Assembly (NCBI GenBank): GCA_028534125.1
Contig: CM052816.1
Location: 46,936,001-47,000,000 of the forward strand
Source: Lama glama
Lineage: Eukaryota
DNA: 64,000 bases
Direction: 5' to 3'
Part shown: piece after piece, positions 13,300 through 25,360 of the stretch
Layout: each line of letters opens with the position of its first letter
Position numbering within the stretch: position 1 is the stretch's first letter
Notes under the pieces: generated by a model
Told to the model about the DNA's origin: nothing
The model's database searches: none
The model's input: only the letters and a program-made list of their open reading frames with translations
Translations under genes and position numbers: made by a program

Positions 13300-14560
13300 C
13301 TCATCTATTCTTTCATTAATTCACTCAACAAACTTTTGTTGCCTTCCTAGTATGTGTTAGGCCTTATGCTAGTCCTTAGAACACATTTGTAAGTGGAAAA
13401 ATGTACAAAAAGACTAAGTAAAAGGTTTGATCCTTGTTCACATGAAGCTTCAGACAAGTGCGTACACTTACATTAATCACATCACCATACTAATGAAAGG
13501 ATAATTACAAACAGGTATGTTAATTTATGGACGGCAACTCCACACTTAGCAGAACAAAGCAACCAATCTGTCTGGGGTGAGTTTGGGGTGAAAGAAAGGC
13601 TCTGCTGAAGCTTGAATAGGGTGGAGTACCAGGGAGTTTTATACTGAGAGGAGGAAAAACATTTACAATGACCCCAAGTGGAAGGAGGGTGATGAGCAGG
13701 AGAACTGAAGGAAGGCCATCCCTGCATGTGTTTAGGTAGCAAAGGAGAAAGATGAATTGGGCGCCAAACCACTCAGGGCCTCTCTGGCCATTTATAAACT
13801 TTGGTCTTTATCCTAAGAGCAAGTGGAAATCGTGAAAGTGTTTCGAGACAGGAATGTAGTGAGTTTCATTGCAGCCCCCAGAAAAATATGTCCAAGACCT
13901 CACCCCCAAAACCTGTGAATGTAATCTTATTTGAAAAGGGCCTTTGCAGATGTAATTAAGTTAAAGATCTTGAGATGAGGTCATCCTGGATTATCCCAGT
14001 GGGATCTAAATCCAAAGACAAGTCTTTTTAAACACAAGAGGAGAAACACCACAAGGCAGAGAGCCGGGTGGAGAGGGAGGCAGAGAGTGGGGTGAGGAGC
14101 TACAAGCCAGGGAATGCTGATCGTTGTCAGGTGCTTGGAACAGAGCCTCTGGAAGAAATCAAGCCTGTGGATGCCTTGATTTCAGACTCTGGCCTCCGGA
14201 ACTGTAAGAAAATGAATTTCTGTTGTTTTGAGCCACCAAATTCGTGGTAACTGGTTATAGCAGCTCCAGGAAACTGATCTGGGGTGGTGACCTCATCTGA
14301 TTTTCACTTTGTCATGGGTAGTTCAGCTGCGACGCGTGGAGACCTGATCCAAATCAAGTCAGAGGAGATTGGGGTGGACCAAGGAGTAGGTTTTTGCTTT
14401 ATTTGAGGGAAAATCTGATGGTAATTTGCTTGGCTCAGGGGGAGGATAGAGAAATAGATAGTGAAGGAGTTAGGGAAGAACTGTTTAGGAGGTAAAGTTG
14501 AGAGGACTTGGTTATGGAACAGTTACGCAGGTGAGGGAGAGAGGCAGGTGTCAGTTCTAA
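13300..14560 (-). mobile_element. L2 LINE fragment interrupted by an MLT1 LTR
   Basis: Antisense L2 terminus 'ttcattaattcactcaacaaac' followed by a purine-rich L2 body on both sides of the LTR. Confidence 0.7.
13855..14280 (+). mobile_element. MaLR solo LTR (MLT1B/C-like)
   Basis: 'acctgtgaatgtaatcttatttgaaaagggcctttgcagatgtaattaagttaaagatcttgagatgagg...ttatagcagctccaggaaactgat'. Confidence 0.9.
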
Positions 14561-14594
14561 GTTTCATCTTTTGTTTTTGGCAGAAAAGTTGGTA

Positions 14595-14720
14595 TTTTAT
14601 TCATTCAAGGACTATTTATTGATTACCCACTGTGTGTCAGGCACTGTCCTAAATTCTGGTGACAGCGTGAATAAGAAAGACAGGACTGCACCCTTTCAGG
14701 GACTGTAGTTAGCAAGGAAA
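14595..14720 (-). mobile_element. L2 3' end
   Basis: 'ttcattcaaggactatttattgattacccactgtgtgtcaggcactgtcctaa'. Confidence 0.8.
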
Positions 14721-15530
14721 TGAGGATGAACTGAAATTCAGGTATGTGCACATGCTTGTAATTCATGAATGAGTAAACAGAAAAGTTTGTAAAAAGGACA
14801 CTGGCTTATTTTGCATTCGACCCAGAGTAGTCATTATACTGTGCTTATATCAGACACAGCTGACCAGGGAGACGTCACAGGACAAAGGAGTTACCCTTTC
14901 AGTGTAATGGTTTTTAAAAAGATACTCTCCAACTCAATCTTCTTAGCTTGAGATGAAACAGGAACACTTATAGTTAGGTGTCAGGGTAATCTGTTATAAC
15001 CAAACAAAGTACCAATAATTGTTTTTTCCTCTGTTTAAATGAGAGGATTGGACAAAGTGATTCTCTAAGGTCACTTTTAGCTCAAAATTGTTTCTGACTC
15101 CGTTTTATAAAGTTCGATGTTAAGATCTATGTTTGAAAATAATTTATTAAGTATAATTTAAGGATAAACAATAATTTATAAATATCCTTATATTCATAGA
15201 TACACCAATAATTTAAAGGCGTGAATTGTTATGTTTTTCATAAATGGCTCCTAGATCATAATCAATTTTTCCCCCTGGGATGTCATTCCATGAATTGGGG
15301 ATTCCAATATATCGCTGGTCTTCACTATAGATCTTGTGTACTCTTTATACTCAAATGTTTATATGAACATTTTGAAGAAAGAGGAGTTGTGAACATTTTG
15401 AATTTAGTTTTGGGGGATTCTGAGTCTAGTTTCAGGTATTATTTCGTATGACTTTCAGTCTTATCCATCGGTTGCTGGTCGGTAGCTTTTAGCTGGCTCT
15501 CTAGCTTGAGCTAAATTTGAAAATTATGCT

Positions 15531-16040
15531 TGGTGTAGTCCTCCTTGTCTACATTTGCTTTCGTTGCTTGTGCTTTTGATGTTGTATCCGTGAAATCACT
15601 GCCAAATTTAATGTCCTGAGGCTTTCCCTATGTTTTCTTTTAGGAGTTTTACAGTTTCAGGTCTTTAAGTCTTTAATCCATTTTGCGTGTAGTGTGAGAA
15701 AAGCATCCAGTTTTATTCTTTTGCGTGTGGATAGCCAGTCTTCCCAACAGCATTTGTCAAAGACACTATCCTTTCCCCACTGTGTGTTCTTGATACCCTT
15801 GTTGAGGATCAGCCGACTATATTCAAATGGATTTATTTCTGAGCTCTTTGTTTCTGTTCTATTGGTCTATTTGTCTGTCATTTTGCTAGTACCAATCACT
15901 GTTTTGATTACTGTAGCTTTGTAATATTTTTTTTTTGTTGAAGTACATCAATTACAATGTTTTGAAATTAGAAAGTGTGATGCCTCCAGCTTTGTTCTTT
16001 CTCAAGGTTGATTTGACTTTTTGTGGTCTTCTGTGGTTCC
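15531..16040 (-). mobile_element. L1 ORF2 fragment, the inverted 5' segment of a 5'-inverted L1
   Basis: Antisense ORF2 sequence ('gatgcctccagctttgttctt', 'ccagtcttcccaacagcatttgtcaaagacactatcctttcccc') abutting a sense L1 at 16041. Confidence 0.9.
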
Positions 16041-17080
16041 AATGAAAGCAGACATAACCAAGTGGGGTTATATCAAACTAAAAAGTTTCTGTACAGCGAA
16101 GAAAACAATCAACAGTGTAAAATGGCAACCTATGAAATGGGAAAAAGTATTTGTAAACCATATATCTAATAAAGGGTTAAATCTCCAAAATATATAAGAA
16201 ACTCCTACAACTCAATAGCAAAAAACTAACAACTTGATTAAAATTGGACTGTGAACTTGAATAGACATTTCTTCAAAGTTGCCATACAAATGGCCAACAG
16301 GTATGTAAAAAAAAAAAAAACGCTCAAAGTCACTACTCATCAGGGCAATGGAAATTAAAGCTACAATGGAATATCACTTAACACCTGTCAGGATGGCTAT
16401 TATAGAAAAAACCAAAGAGAGTCAAAGGTAAGAATGTGGAGAAAGTGAAACCTTTGCATACTGTTGGTGAGAATATGAAATAGTGCAGACATTATGAAAA
16501 ACATGGTTTCTCAAAACATTAAAAATAGAACTACTGTATGAGATAGCAATCTTTTTCTGGGTATTTATCCAAAAGAATTGAAACAAAGATCTTGAAAAGA
16601 TATTAGTATTCCCGTGTTCATCGCAGCACTATTCATAATAGCCAAGGTGTGGAAGCAACATAGATGTCCACTGACAGGGGAATGGATAAAGAGACTGTGG
16701 TGTATACCTACGGTGGAACATTACTCAGTCCCCCGAAAGAAGGAAATCCTGCCATTTGCAACAACATGGATGAACCTTGAGGATATTGTGCTAAAGGAAA
16801 TGACAGTTCACAAAACAAATACTGCATGATTCCACTTAGAATCCAGAAGTCAAATTTACGTAATCAAAGTGGTGCTTGCCAGGGACTGGGAGGAGAGAGA
16901 AATGGGGAGTTACCAATTAATAGGAATAAAGCCTCCATTAGGCAAGATGAATAAATTCTAGATTTCTGCTGCACAACATTTTACCTACAGTCGAACGTGC
17001 TGCATTACATGTTTACACATCTGTTTAGAGGGTAGAGCTCATGTTAAGTATTCTTACCACAGTAAAATAAAATTAAAAAA
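16041..17080 (+). mobile_element. L1 ORF2 C-terminus, 3'UTR and A-rich tail (L1MA8/9-like)
   Basis: ORF 16614-16829 FIAALFIIAKVWKQHRCP..EWIK..KKEILPFATTWMNLEDI matches the L1 ORF2 C-terminus; ends 'gttaagtattcttaccacagtaaaataaaattaaaaaa'. Confidence 0.95.
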
Positions 17081-19700
17081 CATATATGCTGAGTTGGCCT
17101 CACTCTGTGGGATTTTTCTAAACAGGGGCAGGAACTGAGCATCAGGTATCCACTCTGTGAGGTTCACAGGGTTCAGCCGCTGAGGGAGTCAGCAGGAGGT
17201 AGAAGGGGCAGCCTCCAAGGGTGGAGGCTGACGGCCCTGAAGGTGATTCCCGCTCCAGCTCTCGCACACTGCATCTTACTTCTGTTTTTGTTTTCTTAAA
17301 TCTGTAAAGTACCCATTTTGTCAACTCATTTTGAGGACTAACAACACGTCTGTTCATAAAGGATTTAGCCCAGTTCTTGGGTTGTTCCAGGAGCTGAGTA
17401 AACAGTGTCGAATGTGTTTTATTGCCAAAATGTTAGGAAGAGTCATCGTAATTCTCCATTAAGCAGTAGTCTTTGGTTAGACCCTTTGATTAAATGCTCT
17501 GGATTCGAGTTTGAGTGGCTTAGCTCATTTGAGGAGAGGGGCTGAATCGGCGCCAGAGGAGGACGCGAAGCAGGAACCCAGGAGAAGGAAGAAAGATGGT
17601 CTCCAGGACTCTTCAGTAGCCTCCCTCCGCTCCGTTCAAACAGGCTTGGGGTGGAAGTTCATCGTATGCTTAAAGTAGCATATCTCTGAAACATCTATAT
17701 GTCATCACACCTATCTGTTAATTTTGCAATGCCTGTTTCAAATCTAGTTCCACTGTAATTTTGTATATAAGGAAAAGAAAAAATATTCTCGCAATTTACA
17801 GACGTCCTAGACGTTCCTTGGGTGTTTCTGAAAGCTGCATTTGATGCTTTCTTTTCATCAGCCTATTGCTTAATAAAGTATTATTTACTTAGCAAATGAC
17901 TAAATACTATCTTAGAGCAGTTGAAGAAATACCTTACCAAACCTTCTCAGAATGACCACGTACATATTTCACGGAAGATCCATTTATTTTAAACTAGATT
18001 TGAAACTCACCTAGGTTCGTATTTTCTCACATTTTATCTGAGAAATGCACAATGTTTATTTGTAAAATGGAAATGAATTTTAATATTGTGCTTCTTACTG
18101 CTGTGGGGTTTAGAGTTGGCTTCATATCATTAAATGCATGGATGAATTAGTGTATTTATTTGCATGTATGATATATCTGTATTTCAAAGCAAACATTTCA
18201 AAGGAGCACCAAAATATGTATGTAAAGTTTGTATTTGCCTTCTAGTAATGTTCATCGAGAGGATGTGCACTACACAGATCTGGATTTATAAGAAAAAATT
18301 GGACTGCTTGGAACTCCATTACCCAATTTTCATGGGCAAACATGTAGGCAGACTTATATATGCAAATTTTGCAAGTGTTTATGACGTAACTTTAAAATTT
18401 GACAATAAATACATAAGATCAGATTCTACCCACAGATGACTTAATATTGGTCAAAACAGTGCCTTTGCTCTTCGATATTTATAGCAGAGCCAAGACACAC
18501 GCGGCCAAGTACAGTTTGTGAGAAGTCACTCACATACATTTTATAATGTGGACACTTTACAGTAAATAACCTGAGACCAAGGACATATTGGAAATAGTGC
18601 CCGGGGGGCTGGCATGCCATTTAATCATCCATAAATGTAAGCTTCTTTAATTAAGCACAACATGCTCTCATTTTTTTCATAGGCTTTTCCCCAGATTTTA
18701 GTGCTTAGTTTTTATCATTTTATGAAAAATAGATTTTAATCGTTATTTAAACATATAAGGGTCTGATTTCACTCTGATCCGTGTGTGTCTGAGTCCCACA
18801 GATGTTAATGGAGGTTAGGAATACCTACAGAGGAATGAGTAGACCCCAGCTTCCAAAACAAATTTAGAACAATTTCAAATGCCCTGGAGTAACAAAGAGC
18901 TAGTTTAAGGGGTCAATAAGAGGGTAAATATATGTTTTAAAGATTATCTTTGTGAAAACTCTCGTGGCTTTGAGGCTCAGAGGAGGAATAGATGGGTGTG
19001 AACAGAAAAAAAGGATAAACTAACAATTTTGCCCAGGGTAAAAGTGTAGATTACAGTTTACCTTGGCAGAAAGCATGTGCATGGAAACATTTTTTATGAG
19101 AGCTATTTATATTTCCAAGAGCGGTGTAACTGTTGTTTATCCCTCAGAATGTCCTTGTGAGATGTGCGTTTCCTACCCATCAGCCTTATGTGACAGTGAC
19201 ATGGAGATGCATTTATCATTCAGCTTCTAGGATCTAATATTTTAAGTGATCAACTAAGCTACTGTCAGTACGCCCCTGTGCAAATGAGAAAACGGAGAGT
19301 TAACGGGGTTTAGAACTTTCCTCAAATACTTGAGTGGCAGCACTGGGATTGAATTTCGTAAGGAATCGCTCTGTTGTGTTATCTAAGAGATGAGGGACAC
19401 ATTTGGTGCCGTGTACTGTGCCCGCCTCTCCATCCTTCCATCTCACTCCCTTCTCTTTCGAGTCAGCCTTGTTATTAGTCATCAAGGTGCCAGGAGAAAA
19501 CGTGCTAAGATCCTCAGTCTTGAATGCTACTTAAATGTTGGCAGTCCTACCCTCTCCTTAAAAACCATCAGAAAATATTAGTTAAATCAGTGGCACCAAA
19601 CACAAATCCTCACCCCTGCTCTCCCTAAGGCGACCTGACAAGAATAACCTAATGCCAACACCAGCTGTGGTATAATACAGACCACCTACTTTGATTTGGT

Positions 19701-19746
19701 ATTATAACACCATTATAAAAACCATTATAAAACCAGTATAAAAACC
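19701..19746. repeat. Short tandem repeat, ~11-12 bp unit ATTATAAAACC x4
   Basis: attataacacc attataaaaacc attataaaacc agtataaaaacc. Confidence 0.8.
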
Positions 19747-20150
19747 ACTGAACTGAAGTCAGAGCACCTGGCTTTCAATCCAGTGCTTCTCAATGCTGGC
19801 TGCCCATGAGAAACACTGGGTGAGTTTTCAAGCCCATGGATGCTACAGACACCTCTCCCCGCCCCACTACCAAGAGTCTAATTCAATTAATTTGGTGTGA
19901 GGTTCCAGCATCAGTATTTTACACAGTCCTCAGGGGAGTTCACTCGTACACTTTCCATATTATAATATTTGCTTTTTGTGAATTCCTTGCAAGAATTCAA
20001 GCCCCATTAAGCTTCTATTTTCACATCTCTAAAATTGGGGCAACACATACCTAGCCTGTTTGTCTCATACAGTTGTAAAGATCAAATGGAGAGATGATTT
20101 TAAAACTTGTGAAAACTGGGACAGGCTGTACAAGCATGAGACACAGGGAT
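19747..20150 (+). mobile_element. MIR interrupted by a MER5-type element (~19781-19935)
   Basis: MIR head 'gaagtcagagcacctggctttcaatc', then 'cagtgcttctcaatgctggctgc...' (MER5), then MIR core 'ttttcacatctctaaaattgggg'. Confidence 0.65.
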
Positions 20151-20487
20151 GATCATGTTAGCTTTCTTGTCATTTAAAAGTTAAATTTGAAGAAACCTTG
20201 GGAAAACTTTTTCCTCCCATTTCCAGTTTCTTTGATTTTGTACCTCGATAAAACTTCAGTCTGTTTTTACTCGAGTATATATTGTGTACTTATGTATAAT
20301 GTCTGCTAACTGATTTCTGTCAACTCAGTGGTAACCACTGACAGTGAGAAATGCTGATTTGTGTGTAAGTGTGTGTGTGTGTGTACAAGTTTGTTCACAT
20401 AGATGTCTGAGGAAAAACTCTCTTGATAGATTTAAAGAGTAGACAGTGATAAACATATAAAAAGGCAATTGGCCAAAGCTTGTCCTA

Positions 20488-21224
20488 GTTTATTCATTCA
20501 TCCAAAAAATACTATTTTGAGGGATAAATAGGTGCCAGTCCCTCTGCTCAGACATAGAAAGTAGGTGACATTGTTGATGCCCTCAAGGAATTCACAGGCA
20601 ATTGACGGTGACAGACAAGTAAACCAACACTTGTAAACAGAGTCATGAATGCAGCAATTGAAAACTTCTCAGCATCCTGACGAAGTCTGTAAACAGAAGT
20701 GGAGGGCACGAGAATGTGGTCAGGAAAGCACAGGAGAAGATATTAAGTGTGAACCGAGTCTTGAGGGACGTGTAGGAATAAGTTAGGTGGAGGAAGTGGG
20801 TGGGGCTTCTGGACAGAGGGAAAAGTGCAGGAAGAGAAGAGGGAACGTGGTCCATTCAGGAAAATGTGTGACATTTACGTAACTGCACGTGAGAGGACCT
20901 TGGGAACATCGGTACTGGTTGAGGCAGAAGAGAGGCGGCCAGGGGACGAAACACAAGTAGATTTATAATTTATTCCGAAGGCCACAGGTGCACACTTTAT
21001 TTTACATAGGGGAGTACGGATTGGATCGCTCTTTTGTAAACTCACTCCAGTGACCATGGAGAAGGGAGGGACATGGACTAGAGGTAAGAGACCAGAACGG
21101 TTCACCCTTGATGTCATCCAGGCATAAAAGTGATGAAAGACTGAGCTGAGAACAGTGGCAGTAAGAAGGAGTTGAGGAGACTGAGCCGTTTAGTGGAGTA
21201 GAATCAATAAAATTCAGTGACAGA
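20488..21224 (-). mobile_element. L2 LINE fragment (continues at 22911-23110)
   Basis: Antisense L2 terminus 'tttattcattcatcc', 'gccctcaaggaattcacag' and a purine-rich body. Confidence 0.8.
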
Positions 21225-21289
21225 TTAATAATAATCACATTAAACATTTAAAAAATAAAACCAACACTTGAATAAAAGGGTGTTAAAGT

Positions 21290-21712
21290 GGGACTATAGT
21301 CGGGCCCCCAAGGAGGCTCGTGTCCCGTTCCCTGCAGCCTGTGAATGTTATTTTATATGGTAAAGGGAACTTTGCAGGTATGATTTTGAAATTATCCTAG
21401 ATTACTTGGGTGGGCCCTACGTAATCACAGGCGTGTTTTAAGAGGTGAGCAGGAGGGTCAGAGTTGGCAGTAGGCGGAGCAGACAGAGAGGGCAGGAGTG
21501 TGGAGCAAGGCAAGGACGGGAGTGCAAGCTCACGGGTATGGGTGGCCTCTCGGGGCTGAAAAAGGCAAGAGGAGGAATCCTCCTCGAAAGCCTCTGGAAA
21601 GAAACATCCCTGCCAACACCTAGATTTTAGACTTCAGACCTCTACAATGACGAGACAATACATTTTTCTAAACCTCCAAGTTTGTGATAATTTGTTACAG
21701 CAGAAACAGTGC
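21290..21712 (+). mobile_element. MaLR solo LTR (MLT1D-like)
   Basis: 'cctgtgaatgttattttatatggtaaagggaactttgcagg...gtgggccctacgtaatcacagg...gtttgtgataatttgttacagcag'. Confidence 0.85.
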
Positions 21713-22359
21713 CAGGATTTTATCCTTAACCCCGTGCTGACCGGTCCCGGGGTCTGGGCCACGCGAGGCAGGGCACGGGCGTGGGTGAGAAGGCGCTTTC
21801 CACCCCGTGCGAGTCCCTCAGAGCTCTCCTCCCAGCCACCGAGCGGGGATCTCCGTGGTTCATGTCAACATCCACCCCATCTGTTCTGTTTTCTAGGCTG
21901 GACTGTTAAGTTCTACTTGTTTAATTTTTTTTCTTTCTCTTTTCTGCTGTTGTTTTCCCCTCAAATGTTTGGTGAGTTTAGATTTTCATGAATAGGTATG
22001 AATGAAAATCTAGGCAGTGGGTCTGCTGACTCTCAAGCTGTGTGCACAGTGAGGTTCTTCCCCGAGTGAGGGCACTAACAGAGGGCCCTGTGCATGTGGC
22101 TGGGGCAAGGGACTGGCAGCGCTCACTGTAAGATGCGCATGCAGGAAACTACCCGTCAGTCCCCGTGCCAGAACGAGGACAGACGTGTCCTGGGGTGTTA
22201 TCTCTGCCGGGTGTCCCAGACAACTTGAGCTTTTCTTTAGAAATTAATTATCTGGCTTTAAGCCTGGGGATAAATGCTAACCCGCATGCTGTAGGGATCT
22301 CTGGTGGGTGGTGGGAGAGGATTCCTGAACACAGAGCGGTCTGTAGTCCAATATTGCCT

Positions 22360-22525
22360 CAACTAATTTTACTTGAAAATCACATGGACCCTTTCAAAAC
22401 TCCAGAATCCTGAATCCTAAAGCCAGACACACTGAACCACAGTCCCCAGAGAAGGGTCCTGAGATTCTCTATGTTTCGTAAGAACTCCAAGTAATCTTAC
22501 GATCAGACAAGGTTGTAACAGCACC
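22360..22525. mobile_element. MER5-type hAT fragment
   Basis: 'aatcacatggaccctttcaaaactccagaatcctg...ccaagtaatcttacgatcagacaagg'. Confidence 0.55.
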
Positions 22526-23129
22526 TTCAGACACCCTGCAGGCAGTCACAGCCACCTTCCAGCCCAGCGCCGCTCCCACTTTCTGGAGTCTCCTGTGTCT
22601 CCACAGCTAGGAACAGTGCTTCTGCTTCTGCTAGAGCTTTCTCACATTTTATTTGAAGTGGAGGCTCCCACTTTGGTTTGCCTATTACTATGATAGCTTC
22701 CACCTGCTTCCCAAATTACAGCGCATCATCGAACTCCCTAGTCTTCCTGTTCTAAATTTATTCCCTTTTTAGCCTCCTTCCTGTTTCTTCAGCGGGTTTT
22801 TAGTAAAGAGAGAAGGTAAACATGTGCACTCAAAATACCCTCTTAAATCGAACCTCGATAATCACACTCTGGAAATAATCTCCTGAGCTAGGCTGTTGCT
22901 TCTGTGCAACGTGACAGACCGGATATGGGGATAAGGGAGATGGAGGAGTCTTGGATAATCCCCAACTGGCTGGTTTTAGCAACTGGGCAAGTTGTTATGT
23001 GTTTTACTGAAAAGAAGGATGGTGACGGGGAGAAACCATTTTGCTGGGGAAAGATAATGAATTTAGTTGTTCACATGTCCAGCTTGATATGAAGGCCTAG
23101 GGAGGAGGTCTGATCTGAAGCATTTATCT

Positions 23130-23585
23130 GTGATCATTCATTCATTCATCAACTTGCATATATTAAACCCCTCCTTAGGATACGCCAGGATATGGAACTA
23201 AAAATATCTTATAGGCTATAGAAACAAATAATTAAGCTAGTACAATAAAATGTGATAAGTCCAATGGTGGGAGCTATCTGGAGGACCTGAGAACTCATAG
23301 GAGAGGCACCAACCCCAGACCTGAGTGATCAGGGAAGGTCCTGACATCTAAGCTGAGATGGGATGAACTGGACGAGTCAGCAGAGTGGCCTCGACAAGGA
23401 AGTTATTTGAGAAAGAATGAAGAGCTGGTAGGAAAGCTTAGAACCAAGAGAGAATAGCAGTAGGAATTTCTGTATGACTAGCTCTTAGAAGGGAGCAAGG
23501 CAGGAGAGGAGGCTGGAAAGGCAAAGAAGGGAGAGAGAATGCAGATCTTCTACAAAGGGAAGCCACTGGGGAGTTTTAAATAATT
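23130..23585 (-). mobile_element. L2 LINE 3' fragment
   Basis: 'tcattcattcattcatcaac', 'tgacatctaagctgagat', 'gggaagccactggggagttttaa'. Confidence 0.75.
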
Positions 23586-25149
23586 GTCCTAAAACCTTAG
23601 AAATGGCTGCTATCACCCAGTGGTTCTCTAGCTTTGTTCTGTGCTAGAATCAACCAAGGAACTTGTCAAAATGCACCTACTGTTTGTAGCATTGCGTTAA
23701 GTCCTTTACATAGGTATCTTCTTTATATATATTATCTCTTAAACCTCACAGACTTGGAAAGTAGTGGAATTTCTATTCCCAAGGTTACCTCTGGCTGTAA
23801 AGTCCCTGCCCTTCCTGCCACACTGTGTTGCTGCCAGGCAGAAGCACCGTACAAAACAGATCCTCAGATTTCACAGAGGACGTATAATGAGAATTTGATA
23901 GTTCTGAGAATTGCCATGTCACACTAGAAAACCCTTTACTCTCTCCCACACCCAGAGAGTTAGTTAGTTCAGGAGAGTGGAAATGGGCCTAGGAATCTGA
24001 ATGTTAACAAGCCTCAAGTCATTGTATTGTTGCTTATGCTTCCCTGAATCTATTTGGAGTAACTAGAGAATGAAAAGAGGTCTGAGGTTGGTCCTTTAGG
24101 GCAGAAGAATCTATGAAAATGGGAAGAAATGTCTGGAGAAGTAGGAGGTAAACTTCAAGACAGTATTAATATGGGAAAGGAGAGACTTTGAAGAAAGATC
24201 AGTGATAGGACATGCAACAGGCAAGGCAAGTTGGGTAAGGGCTAGAAAGTGCCCAGCGGATGTGATCATCAATTCACTGATAAGGCTGAGATCTTTTCCT
24301 CCAAAGCCACGGTTCCCACTTCAGAAGAGCTCCTGCTTCTAGTTGTCCATGCTGCGTGGAAGCAGGCCTAGAGGAATTTCCATTTCCCCTATAGTTCTCC
24401 CTGTCTCATAAAAGCAGTTACCAAATAGTCTTTGGAAAGTCTCTATTGCCTACCTGTATAGGCACTGAACTTCAGCCACAGCATAGCTATCAAGGGCAGA
24501 CTCATCTAAATTTCTTACCAATTCACAAATATTCTCCAGGATTTGACCTGTTAAATATGCAAAGATTATTTGTTTCAATAAAGTGCTGCACAAGCAGCAG
24601 TCTCTTTATACTGAGGCTTCTATCACCCACAATATTTGAACTTGAAGAGAAGACTTGAACTACGATTTAAGAAAAACCCTGTGCCTCTTTTTAAATGTAG
24701 GCAAACAAAATTCTCACAATCGGGAGTTTAAGCTGGAGGTGGATAATTCATTGTTTTGGAGAATTTAATGCTTTCGAAATCAAAATAAACAGATTTTGCT
24801 TTGAAGTTATGCTGGCTATTCAGGCACCAATAGTAAGTGATATCTTTTCTTTTCAACATGCTAAAATGTACATGCCTGATTGCTGCTGGATTTTACCAGG
24901 ATTGAGTCTCAGCACAGAGCTGACTAATAAAAAGTAGTGTTAAAATCTCTGCTTAACTTATTCTGAATTATAGATGTCTGTACTGTAACATCCAACAGCT
25001 CTAATTTCTTCTTAGTAACATAAAATGTTTCTTCTGAACTGAATTCTAAACCTAATTAATTCTTTTAACTATTCTTCCATTCTTCTATTAATTAATGTAT
25101 TTACTTTAAATTAGAGGCCCAAATTCTCAGAGATTGCTTAGAAATTTTA

Positions 25150-25360
25150 TGATAATAAAAATGAATCACAATTATTGAGCACCTACTATGTGTGACATTA
25201 TGTTAAGTTCTTTACATATCCTTTAATCCTCACAGTTTTGGAAAGTAAATGATACTTATTTTCCAAAGATCATATAGCTGGCATGCCAAAACTGAGACTG
25301 GAACCCAAAGAATCTGGCTGCAAAGTCTGACTGAGTCTTTACTCCTGAATTTTATTGCCT
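25150..25360 (-). mobile_element. MIR SINE
   Basis: 'ttattgagcacctactatgtg...tttaatcctcac...ccaaagatcatatagctgg'. Confidence 0.75.
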
